The notes beneath the pieces were generated by a model. That model made no database searches. It was not told the DNA's origin and worked only from the letters and a program-made list of their open reading frames with translations. Both the position numbers and the translations under genes were made by a program. A DNA stretch of 43,107 nucleotides from positions 1 through 43,107 of the IMG/VR virus record IMGVR_UViG_3300037439_000026; one strand, written 5' to 3'. Positions 25,973-35,108 of the stretch are shown here, piece by piece; positions within the stretch are counted from its first letter, which is position 1, and the number at the start of each line of letters is the position of its first letter. Origin of the DNA: a virus (Duplodnaviria > Caudoviricetes).

Positions 25973-28900
25973 TACGGTGTCAGAGCTCCCTTCGCCTTAG
26001 ATAGCTGGTTCTTCGTCTGTCGGTAAATTTGCGCCGAAGACAATGCCTTCGGTGAGTAGTTATTCTGTGTGAAGCTAACTGAACGTGCGGAGACCGGCGA
26101 GTCATCCTGGTCATCGTCCTGAGACGTTGCCGGCCGAGTGGTTGCGGAAACGTCGGCAGCTTTCGAATATGACACGGCTGCGACAAGTGGTCTAGTGGCC
26201 AGAAGCTTGCTGATCTGCCCAGCATCCTTGCGGATGTCAGTCAGGTCAAGAACGGGCCGAATCATCGGAGTCGTGTCAATATCATTATCGAGAATGCTAG
26301 GCATCTTCGAAAGCGACATCTTCATAGAGTTCAAAGCACTGTCACCAACGTTGGCCGCAGACTTCTTGACAATCTTCGTGTACTTGGTAAGACCGTTTGC
26401 CAAACCCTTGTCTGACATCTCGCCGATCCACTCGAACTCCTTGGAGGGAGACCGAATACCAAGCACGCTCATAGCCGCATTAAGCGCAGACTTCGCTGCG
26501 TTCTTAGCGGCCGAAGCAACTCTTCCAACACCAGACAGGAGACCGCCAGTCATACCATCGATAATCGCAGTAGCGAGGTTTCGACCGGCTGCTCGCATAG
26601 CTCCAGAATTCGAACGAATTGCATTTGCCAGACTATTGACAAACTTAATAACAAGATTTACACCCGACTGAATAACACTTGGGATGTTCTGACTGATGCC
26701 CGCCAGGAACTTGTTAACAAGATTAGTCGCTGCCGTGACGACTCGTCCGATGTTGTTTGCGACACCGTTCAAGAAACCGATAAGGATTCGAAGACCCGAT
26801 TCGGTCATTGGCTGAATATGCTTCTCAATAGTCTGAAGCATCTTCATGAGAAGGATAGCCAGCGTCTGCTGAATCTTTGGAGCCAGCTTTAGGATGGCAT
26901 CCATCAAAGCCGTGAGAACGGTTACGATCGCCTTGGTAATCGCTGGTCCAGCCTTCGAGATGGTTTCAGCGAAGGATATGACAGCAAGCCCAATCTGCTT
27001 TGCCACTTCGGGGAGAAGACCCAGCATTGCAGACACTATTGCAACTAGTGCAACGGTTCCCGCGGTTCCTGCCACAGCTAGTGCCGTCAAAGCCGCTGCG
27101 AACAGAAATACACCTGCACCAGCAGCAAGAACACCGACACCTAGAAGGGTAATAGCAACACCAAGACCTATCAAGACTGGCACTAGCGCGCCCAGAACAA
27201 GACCCGCGGCGCCAAGCACCACGAATACTCCTGCCAACATGAGAAGACCCTTGGCTATCTCTTCCCATGACATCTTGCTGAAGAGCAGAAGGATTGGCGC
27301 AAGGATGGCTAGCGAAGCTGCAACCACCAACATTGCCGCTGCACCGGAAAGAGCGCCAGTCATCACAGTTACCGCGGCTGCAATCAGAATAAGCGAGCCA
27401 GCGAGGACCGTCATAGCCTTACCGATCTCGCCCCAACTCATCGCCGCCATTTGATCCAGAACATCTGCCACCTTCAGCAGAGCTACCGCTGTGATCAGAA
27501 TTCCAGCAGCACCAAAAGCAGCCGTTGGTGGGATGACAAACAAAGCCGCGGATATGATTGTCAAGGCACCAAGCATGGCTGTTAGGCCACGTCCGATTTC
27601 GCCCCAACTTAGTTCTGCCATTTGGCCTAAGGCATCTGCGACTCTACCCAACGACAGAGCTACGATGAGTACTCCAGCAGCAGCCAATGGCGCTGTGGGA
27701 GGAATCAACAGCAACGCTGCTGCCACGATAGCCAAGGATCCCGCCATAGCGACAAGGCCTCGACCAATCTCTTCCCATTTGAAACCGGTAAACTCCTCAA
27801 CTGCACTGGCCAGGATCTTGATGGCAACTGCCAGGAGAATAAGACCGGCGCCTTGCGCCAATCCACCCTTGTTTACCCCAGCGAATTTGACAAAGAGTCC
27901 AAGAGCTCCTAGAAGCGCCCCAACCCCAACCAAACCCTTTGCCAGTTCCCCCCAACTGTGACCGGAAAGGTCCTCTACCGCACTCGCAAGGACCTTAATG
28001 CCAGCAGCCATCACGAGCAGACCTGCGCCGGTCGAGATCATTCCGGCTGGATTTGGCATTAGCTTCGCGGTGGCAATCATGATGCCCATTAGAGCAGTCA
28101 CGCCGATTAGACCCTTAGCGAGTCCATCCCAATCGAGCTCAGACAACGCCTTGACTGACGATGCAAGAACTCGAAGTGCGACGCCCAATATAATCATGTT
28201 GGCCGCAACCAACGGCATGGTTAGCAAACCCTTGAACCCAGCGAGTTTCTCGAACAACAGCATCATTCCGAAGAGTTGTCCGAACATTACTGTGATAGCT
28301 GTCAGCGCTCGAGTCAATCCGCCGGTATCTATCTTGGATAGAGCAACGACCGACAGTGTGAGAACCCCGATAGCTCCAGCGATCTGGAGGAGAGTTGCAG
28401 CCCTCAGCGTATTCTGCATCGTCTTCATGGAGCCAGTAAGACCATCAAATATCTCACTGACATTTCCAACCAACCCGCGGAGTGACAAGAACAGAGACGC
28501 AAATGCGCCAGTTCCAAGAACCGCGAGAATGCTCTGAAGATTCAGACCTCCGCCGAGACTGAGCCCAGAGAACGCATCCTTGACTTCGTCGAAGAATGAG
28601 GAGAACTTAGACGCGATTGGAGCGAAAGCAGCAGCGACATTGTCGAGTATGCCGACCACTCGAGCCCAGACATTAGCTGCCAAGTCGCCGAGACGACCAA
28701 GAGGCTCCAACTTTTTCGCGTATTCAGTTACTCTGTCGGCAGCTTTCGAGCCTTCGAACCCATCAAACAGACCGCCAATAAATGCAGCAGCCTGCTTTAC
28801 CAAGCGGATGACGAATTCTAGTGCATCACCGATCTTGTCGAAGACATTCGTGATGAGGTTTCCCTCTTGAATGGCCTTCCGGATTCCTACGAGGAAATCA

Positions 28901-30357
28901 CCGATGTTACCGGTGAACTCAAGGATCCCACCAGAACCTTCAGTCACAACACCGAAGAGACGGAAGAATAGGCTGATGCCTGCCTTCAGAATATCCCATC
29001 CGATACCAAGTACTGCAAACACCCCGGCAAATGTCCTCCGGAGGTTTTCTGCGGTTTGACTTCCGATCATCAAACGCTGAGTGAAGTTTCGAAGATTCAC
29101 TGTCAGATCGTAGAGTTGCTTTCCCGTGGTAGCCGGGAAGATCTGACGAAACGCGTCTCGGATCGGCTTTACTACAGCAATCAGAGCTTTGAATGCGTTT
29201 CCGATTGCCTCAATCAGAACAGTTCGACCACCGAGCTCTTTCCAGTCACCAAGGACCTTGTTCCTGGCATCTGCCGAAGCAGAAATGAATCCCCCAAGAA
29301 AGTTACTCACGTTGGTGAACATGTCTCGAGCTTCCTCGAAATCACCAAATATGAGCTGCCACGTCTTAGCCCAACCTGACCCAGCAGCTTCCTGCAAGGT
29401 ACTGATGAGTTGAGACATGGTCTTGACCTTGGTTGCCGCATCCTGAGCGGTCTTACCCATCTTCAGAATTTGCGCAATCTGCTGCTGATTGTAGCCCATG
29501 GTCTTGAGCTGCGCAGCAGTGAGATCCCCAGTGAACTTACTCAGGGTCTCAGTGAGGATCTCGCCAGTGAGCCATCCTTCTTGCAGTGTATTTCGGAAGC
29601 TTCCAGCATCTTTCACCATCTCGTCGATGGCTACCCCATGGATCCTTGCGGTTTCCATGAGCGCTTCTTGGAATACTCGGCCACCCATACCTGCATTAAC
29701 AACCGAGTTCCAGTCTTGCAGCGCGACCTTTCCCGTGGCCAGAGCCTGTGAGAGTTGGTACATCGCTGTAGACGCTTGCTGCGAGTTCGATCCAGAGATG
29801 GCCGCTAGGTTTGCAATACCCTTGATGGCCTCTGTAGCCACCTCGAGCTTTACACCGGCCGCTGTGAACGTACCGATGTTTCGGGCCATCTCAGAGAAGT
29901 TGTAGATGGTCTTGTCGGAATACTCGTTAAGCTCGTCCAGAGCTCGATTGACATCCTTAAGACCGGTGTTCTGCCATTGCGTATTCGAGAGGATCGTCTG
30001 AATCGAGTTGAGGTTTGTCTCGTACTCCCTCAAACCCGCTATGACTGGTTCAACAGTCAACGACTTGACTAGTCGAAGGCCTGCATCTACTGCTCGATTC
30101 GCAATGTTGGTGAGCGCGGTAAGAGCAATGACAGACATCGCTTTAAACTTACTAGCGATGCTATCAACAGCCGACGAAATATGACCAAGGTTGACGTTCT
30201 TGCTTGCAGCGCTGACGTCAGTCAGACCTTTGGCGGCGCCCTCTAGCTTCAAGCCCTTGTTGAGAGCTTCTAGAGCTTTCAACGTGGATTGGATACCACG
30301 CTCGAACTGCGCGTTGTCGAACTTCATTGACACAACGCGTTCGTCAATGCTACTCAT
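25972..30357 (-). CDS. Tape measure protein
   Basis: About 1460 aa, Ala/Leu/Gly-rich with W-spaced repeats; LGIRSPSKEF; ATGA overlap with the upstream gene. Confidence 0.95.
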   Translation of the reverse strand: MSSIDERVVSMKFDNAQFERGIQSTLKALEALNKGLKLEGAAKGLTDVSAASKNVNLGHISSAVDSIASKFKAMSVIALTALTNIANRAVDAGLRLVKSLTVEPVIAGLREYETNLNSIQTILSNTQWQNTGLKDVNRALDELNEYSDKTIYNFSEMARNIGTFTAAGVKLEVATEAIKGIANLAAISGSNSQQASTAMYQLSQALATGKVALQDWNSVVNAGMGGRVFQEALMETARIHGVAIDEMVKDAGSFRNTLQEGWLTGEILTETLSKFTGDLTAAQLKTMGYNQQQIAQILKMGKTAQDAATKVKTMSQLISTLQEAAGSGWAKTWQLIFGDFEEARDMFTNVSNFLGGFISASADARNKVLGDWKELGGRTVLIEAIGNAFKALIAVVKPIRDAFRQIFPATTGKQLYDLTVNLRNFTQRLMIGSQTAENLRRTFAGVFAVLGIGWDILKAGISLFFRLFGVVTEGSGGILEFTGNIGDFLVGIRKAIQEGNLITNVFDKIGDALEFVIRLVKQAAAFIGGLFDGFEGSKAADRVTEYAKKLEPLGRLGDLAANVWARVVGILDNVAAAFAPIASKFSSFFDEVKDAFSGLSLGGGLNLQSILAVLGTGAFASLFLSLRGLVGNVSEIFDGLTGSMKTMQNTLRAATLLQIAGAIGVLTLSVVALSKIDTGGLTRALTAITVMFGQLFGMMLLFEKLAGFKGLLTMPLVAANMIILGVALRVLASSVKALSELDWDGLAKGLIGVTALMGIMIATAKLMPNPAGMISTGAGLLVMAAGIKVLASAVEDLSGHSWGELAKGLVGVGALLGALGLFVKFAGVNKGGLAQGAGLILLAVAIKILASAVEEFTGFKWEEIGRGLVAMAGSLAIVAAALLLIPPTAPLAAAGVLIVALSLGRVADALGQMAELSWGEIGRGLTAMLGALTIISAALFVIPPTAAFGAAGILITAVALLKVADVLDQMAAMSWGEIGKAMTVLAGSLILIAAAVTVMTGALSGAAAMLVVAASLAILAPILLLFSKMSWEEIAKGLLMLAGVFVVLGAAGLVLGALVPVLIGLGVAITLLGVGVLAAGAGVFLFAAALTALAVAGTAGTVALVAIVSAMLGLLPEVAKQIGLAVISFAETISKAGPAITKAIVTVLTALMDAILKLAPKIQQTLAILLMKMLQTIEKHIQPMTESGLRILIGFLNGVANNIGRVVTAATNLVNKFLAGISQNIPSVIQSGVNLVIKFVNSLANAIRSNSGAMRAAGRNLATAIIDGMTGGLLSGVGRVASAAKNAAKSALNAAMSVLGIRSPSKEFEWIGEMSDKGLANGLTKYTKIVKKSAANVGDSALNSMKMSLSKMPSILDNDIDTTPMIRPVLDLTDIRKDAGQISKLLATRPLVAAVSYSKAADVSATTRPATSQDDDQDDSPVSARSVSFTQNNYSPKALSSAQIYRQTKNQLSKAKGALTP

Positions 30358-30731
30358 GCTGAGGTCACCACCTTCCACACTTGGTCAGCTATCTGGTCAA
30401 ATACTGGTCGGATTGCTGGATTGATGAAGTCTTGTCCTCTGACAAAACCCCCGGTGCCGGTGCCGTGCCCATATTGGAGCATGATGACGACAGGAAATCC
30501 ATTTTCGATGTCGCTGTTAGTCCACGTGATGGTGTAACCGCCACCAGACCGAGTAACTTCATACCCCCATGAACTAGAAGCTCTTCCGGTTTCTGTGGGG
30601 GTATTTCCGGCTAACGCAGCGACTCCGACTCTACCGTACGAATTGAGAATTCCCATGATGTCGAGTTTTGACACCTTCTTTAGAAATGACTCAGTTCGTT
30701 TGAAGGAGCCGCTATCTACGAAGGATATCAT
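30354..30731 (-). CDS. HK97 gp10-like tail completion protein
   Basis: TPTETGRASSSW, LQYGHGT and FINPA. Confidence 0.7.
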   Translation of the reverse strand: MISFVDSGSFKRTESFLKKVSKLDIMGILNSYGRVGVAALAGNTPTETGRASSSWGYEVTRSGGGYTITWTNSDIENGFPVVIMLQYGHGTGTGGFVRGQDFINPAIRPVFDQIADQVWKVVTSA

Positions 30732-30743
30732 CAGGCTCCTTCC

Positions 30744-31490
30744 TTACGGATTGACTTCGACGTCAGAGACGCTAACCTCCGAAGTCCCATTCCACAGAGT
30801 TACCGTCGCCGCGACTTCAGAACTGCCATTCCAAACGGTGGCCGCTCCTCCAGCGGGAGGAAGGTTGTAACCGTCATACCAACCTCCGACATCCCTGGCT
30901 CGAACTGTGTCGAAAACCCAGTGTTTCGGAATGGTTGAGCTGCTTTCTGCCCCCATGATAGCACGAGAAGGAGTTTGTGTTGCTGGCGTTAGCGTTCCAG
31001 AAATATCCGCAGTGTCGGTAGCCAGTGCTTCTGGATTTGTTGTGTAGACCTTCCAGTCGAACGTAGTTCCATGGATGTACCAGTCGAGACGGAACACCTG
31101 ATCGACCGGAATCTCGTTCAGACTTCCTGAACGCACCTCAACACTACTGACTCGAATCGAAAGAGCGTTGCTCGGTCGCGCGCGAAATTCGACGATGAAC
31201 GCGTTGCCCGAAGAAGCGAGTCTCCAGAAAATGACAGAAGCGCTTCCACTACCGTGCGCCGTTGGGTTACGGAGATAGACAGATCCCCAATGATCTCCAG
31301 AGACACCGAGATCTACTCGAAATCGTGTATCTGCCGTATTTGCTGCGGTACCCGCCTGGACTGCTGCATTCCCGTGGATTCCCGCTACAAACGATTGACT
31401 GCCGACCTGGACAACCTCGACGTCGTTTTCGCCGGTGACTGTCGCGTTTCCAGGCGTTCCGCCATCGAAGGTTCTGGTTGCCTCAGCCAT
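30744..31490 (-). CDS. Putative virion protein with a beta-sandwich (lectin-like) domain
   Basis: Located in the tail region; beta-rich, W-containing sequence. Confidence 0.6.
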   Translation of the reverse strand: MAEATRTFDGGTPGNATVTGENDVEVVQVGSQSFVAGIHGNAAVQAGTAANTADTRFRVDLGVSGDHWGSVYLRNPTAHGSGSASVIFWRLASSGNAFIVEFRARPSNALSIRVSSVEVRSGSLNEIPVDQVFRLDWYIHGTTFDWKVYTTNPEALATDTADISGTLTPATQTPSRAIMGAESSSTIPKHWVFDTVRARDVGGWYDGYNLPPAGGAATVWNGSSEVAATVTLWNGTSEVSVSDVEVNP

Positions 31491-32209
31491 TAGGTTGTCC
31501 TGACGATAACCGTGTTCGCTGGAGTGCCAGACGGAACAGCTTCTACCGGACCCAACACCAACACATGGGACATCAGAATCTCGGTATCTCCAACTCGAAT
31601 ATCGCCCTGAGGGTAGATGCCGAAGATCGGGTTCCGGTTTGTTCGATCGTCCATGATCTGAACCATGGGCACGTCGTTATCCCTGGCTGTGGATTGGACG
31701 GTAGAGTTGTCCCGAACGAACAGTCGGAGTGGAACTGTGTTGTACTTGGCCGGAATCAAACGCAACTCGAAATACTCGTTCAGGAAGAACACCAAGCGAC
31801 GAAGCGAATCGCTGGCGCCAGGTGGGCGGAAATATGCCCGAAGACGATTCACCCACCCAGACGTACTTGTCGAGTCGTCGTTCACAGTGAACTCTTCGAC
31901 GAAGCTCGTAGCACCATCGCCGTCGAATTCGACTTCTGCTTGCGTGTGGGGTCTTGCGTCATCAGCCTTCGTACCCTGCGCAGTTGTTGCGAAGTCACCA
32001 CGAGAACCATCAGCGAGTGCATATTGCGTATGGTCATCGTCGCCGAGACCAGTCAAACCACCGTGATCCTTGATGTTTCCCAGATTCAGAGAACTACCGC
32101 CCTGTTTGGTTAGGACGAGTTCTCCGCTTCCGTTGATAGTCCCGCTGACCAATCCGTTATTAATCAGCGCCATCACTGCGTCTGCGCTAAGCACAACAAC
32201 AGTACCCAC
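31490..32209 (-). CDS. Putative minor tail/fibre protein
   Basis: HGGLTGLGDDDHTQY fibre motif; VPSGTPANTVIVR C-terminus. Confidence 0.65.
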   Translation of the reverse strand: MGTVVVLSADAVMALINNGLVSGTINGSGELVLTKQGGSSLNLGNIKDHGGLTGLGDDDHTQYALADGSRGDFATTAQGTKADDARPHTQAEVEFDGDGATSFVEEFTVNDDSTSTSGWVNRLRAYFRPPGASDSLRRLVFFLNEYFELRLIPAKYNTVPLRLFVRDNSTVQSTARDNDVPMVQIMDDRTNRNPIFGIYPQGDIRVGDTEILMSHVLVLGPVEAVPSGTPANTVIVRTT

Positions 32210-32223
32210 TTTTGCCTCCTTCC

Positions 32224-33012
32224 TTAAGCCGAGCTGACTTCCGCACGGTCTGCATCAATTGGTACAACGGTATCCGCAGTGATCTGGAATTGTCCAGATG
32301 AAACTTCAAACACCGCAAGATCTGAACCAGAGATCTCGAATTCATCGTCTCCGAGATCAGTAACGATGAATGTCGAAGAGTCCGTAAATATACTTACGAT
32401 CTCATCTGGTTCAGGGAGTCTTGGCGAACTCAACTCTGTTCCATAAAGGATAGCTTCGAGTTCCGCCAAAGCAACCGGCGAAGCTTTTGTAGAATCGATC
32501 ACCAAATATGAGCTGTGAACCATTTCAGAAACAGGCCGAGGCTTCGTGGTGATCGACCAGCTAAGGAGAGAGACTTCTGGTTCATCGCCTGTCGTCTGAT
32601 GCTTCTTTGTGCTGGGCTGCGCCAAGGCGTTGTAGATGAGATGAATCTTGTACCCGTGGTTCGCGCCGGAAACGTCATTACCGATTCCTGATCGATAACA
32701 AAATCCGAATGGTTTACGACGCTGCTGACCAACCATTAAACCCGGACGAAGTGTTCCGTACCCATCACACTCATCGAATTCAGCAGGGCTGTAAACCGCA
32801 GTAATGCTAGCGGCGTACTCTTCCCTAGTGGACACGTTTAGGTACTTGACCCCATCCATGTAATAGGCTTTTGTCTCCCCACCAGAGGGAGAAACGTCGA
32901 CCGACACTAGCCCACTCCAGGGATAGCCAGCCTCATCGATGTATAGAACGCCTCTATCAACGCCCGACTCGAATAGGCGGCCACCTACAGAATGCCAAAT
33001 GAGCTTCGCCAC
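32224..33012 (-). CDS. Second major-tail-protein paralogue
   Basis: FESGVDRGVLY and GYKIHLIYNALA align with the 33589-34473 protein. Confidence 0.8.
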   Translation of the reverse strand: MAKLIWHSVGGRLFESGVDRGVLYIDEAGYPWSGLVSVDVSPSGGETKAYYMDGVKYLNVSTREEYAASITAVYSPAEFDECDGYGTLRPGLMVGQQRRKPFGFCYRSGIGNDVSGANHGYKIHLIYNALAQPSTKKHQTTGDEPEVSLLSWSITTKPRPVSEMVHSSYLVIDSTKASPVALAELEAILYGTELSSPRLPEPDEIVSIFTDSSTFIVTDLGDDEFEISGSDLAVFEVSSGQFQITADTVVPIDADRAEVSSA

Positions 33013-33027
33013 GTTTCATCCCTCCTT

Positions 33028-33570
33028 TCATCCGGTAGTTTTGTACTGCGCACGTCTCTGCGCATTCAGCTCTCGGTTTCTTCGAAGAAGTTCCGAACGA
33101 CTCATCTTCTGTTTGGGTTGGTTCTTTCGAGAACAAACCTTGATGAGCGTCAACAGTCTATTCAAATGCCAATGCTGACACTCGAATGAGATATTAAACG
33201 CAATCATCCAGTAATAGATGAGCTCTGCGGTGATCGTCTCTCGATTCGGTGCTTGATTCCTGACTTCTGTGAACCAAGTTGCTGTCATCTTTGCATTGAT
33301 GTACGTGTTGATCTCGTTGATGTTCTTGTCAGAGAGTCTGTCGAAAATCTCCGGAGGAACTCTGGCGTCCAACACCATTGCTTTGATGTACCAGAGAGTC
33401 TCTTCGGTCGTTTTCTCATCCTTGCCGAGAAACGGCTTTTCGAAATGAGACTCCCATTTTGACAGAGAGAACAGAGAGTGCTCGATGGTCAAGTCAAATG
33501 ATCTTGCCACGACGAACTCATTCGTCTCTTCGTTGAACTGTTCGTCGATAACTACTTGAACTTCGAGCAC
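33028..33570 (-). CDS. Probable tail assembly chaperone
   Basis: Directly follows the major tail gene; [12 protein letters not shown] and [10 protein letters not shown]. Confidence 0.55.
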   Translation of the reverse strand: MLEVQVVIDEQFNEETNEFVVARSFDLTIEHSLFSLSKWESHFEKPFLGKDEKTTEETLWYIKAMVLDARVPPEIFDRLSDKNINEINTYINAKMTATWFTEVRNQAPNRETITAELIYYWMIAFNISFECQHWHLNRLLTLIKVCSRKNQPKQKMSRSELLRRNRELNAQRRAQYKTTG

Positions 33571-33588
33571 TCTCTGCCTCCTTTCGAA

Positions 33589-34473
33589 CTACGGCGTGTA
33601 CGGGAAGAACCAGTCGTCATCCGAGATCGCCGGGAAGCGGTAACCCGGAGCCGGTTCTGCGGTCACAACGGTGTTCTCGGTGATGACAACCGCGCCGGTG
33701 ACAACCTCGCTGTCGATCATGTACACCACGCCAGTAACCGACGGGATGGTGATCGTGTTGGTCTCCGTAACGAGGGTCGGAGCCAGCGGAACGGCTTCCA
33801 CCGTGGTGCCCGCGAACAGCGCGATCACGTCGGCCGGAAGCGGAAGCTCCGGATCCGAGCCGACCGTCCCGTACAGAAGGTTCTCGAGCTCTTCGAGAGC
33901 CGTCGCGTCGACCTTCGTTGAGTCGACCGTCAGGGAAGCCGTCGGCTTGTACTCGACATCGGCGATCGTACCGACCTCGACCGGAGTGGTAGTGATCTCC
34001 CATGAGAACGTGATCGCTTCGGGGGAGTCGTTGATCGTGTTGTAGCCCTTCTCCGACGGAGCCGCCAGAGCGCCGTACACGAGATGCAGCTTGTAGCCAT
34101 AGTCCGTACCAGCCAGGTCGTTGCCCATTCGAGTACGGTAAGCCAGTCCGAACGTCTTGCGATTCTGCTGTCCAACGGATAGGCCAGGCTCAGGCGAAGC
34201 CGTACCGTCGCACTGCCCGAACTCATCGGGGTAGGTGAACGCGTCGATCGTGGCGCCGAACTCCTCCGCCGACAAGAGGTTCAGGTACTTGATGTTGTCG
34301 GCATACTGCGGGTTGGCTTCGGCACCCGAGGGAGCCTCGGTCACGGACACAAGTCCGTTCCAGGCGTAGCCCGTATTGTACACGCCGGTCGCATTGGGAA
34401 TGTAGAGAACGCCGTGGTCAACGCCGGTCTCGTAGACCCGCTCACCAACCTTGTCCCACATTAGTTTGGTCAT
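33589..34473 (-). CDS. Major tail protein
   Basis: YETGVDHGVLY, WNGL and YADNIKY; strong codon bias; C-terminal Ig-like extension. Confidence 0.88.
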   Translation of the reverse strand: MTKLMWDKVGERVYETGVDHGVLYIPNATGVYNTGYAWNGLVSVTEAPSGAEANPQYADNIKYLNLLSAEEFGATIDAFTYPDEFGQCDGTASPEPGLSVGQQNRKTFGLAYRTRMGNDLAGTDYGYKLHLVYGALAAPSEKGYNTINDSPEAITFSWEITTTPVEVGTIADVEYKPTASLTVDSTKVDATALEELENLLYGTVGSDPELPLPADVIALFAGTTVEAVPLAPTLVTETNTITIPSVTGVVYMIDSEVVTGAVVITENTVVTAEPAPGYRFPAISDDDWFFPYTP

Positions 34474-34483
34474 GAGGTACTCC

Positions 34484-34795
34484 TCAGAAATAGAGGTTGA
34501 GGACGTAGTGGTTGAGGTTGTTCGCTATGTAATGCCTACTGAAAGTACACGTAGGCAATCCAGCGACCAACATCGGGATCGAGCTGTCAGGATTCCGATC
34601 GATTACGGTTACCTGATACCGCCTGTCGAAGCGATATGGCCTATTGCCAGCGAAATCTGTCCGAATATCATCAAGTTCATAGACGATGCACGGATAGTTC
34701 ATCGACAGATTCGGTGGAGGTTGGAAGTACACGTTGGAATTATTCAGGAGTGTCTCAAGGAGACTCTGGAGCTGCAACCGGTCCATTGTAGACAC
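34484..34795 (-). CDS. Tail terminator
   Basis: VYFQPP..YPCIVY; position before the major tail gene. Confidence 0.75.
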   Translation of the reverse strand: MSTMDRLQLQSLLETLLNNSNVYFQPPPNLSMNYPCIVYELDDIRTDFAGNRPYRFDRRYQVTVIDRNPDSSIPMLVAGLPTCTFSRHYIANNLNHYVLNLYF

Positions 34796-35093
34796 CTCCC
34801 AACCTCAGGATAAGGCGGGGCCTCTGTACCTCAACTTCTGAGACTTTCCACAAAGACCCCGCCCATTCCACATACCGAATGGCGAAGAAATGCTCGTTGG
34901 CATAAGCGTCTGCCAGGATGCTGATCGAATTTCCAACAGAAAGATCGTCATTAACTTTCTCTCCATTGACCAGTCGCCTAGTATTTCGAATCACGTCGCC
35001 GAAATATGAATGCTCGGTTATGACGTCTTCGTGGACACCAGGAGCTGTTTCGATCTGTTCACCGTAGCCGACTTTGCCGCGGTACTTCACCAT
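34755..35093 (-). CDS. Head-to-tail stopper/adaptor
   Basis: Follows the capsid gene; 112 aa, beta-rich. Confidence 0.7.
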   Translation of the reverse strand: MVKYRGKVGYGEQIETAPGVHEDVITEHSYFGDVIRNTRRLVNGEKVNDDLSVGNSISILADAYANEHFFAIRYVEWAGSLWKVSEVEVQRPRLILRLGGVYNGPVAAPESP

Positions 35094-35108
35094 TGGCCTA
35101 GCCGCTTA

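Noticed and set aside
33028-33570. Programmed frameshift in the tail assembly chaperone
   Set aside because: I saw no convincing slippery site or overlapping second frame
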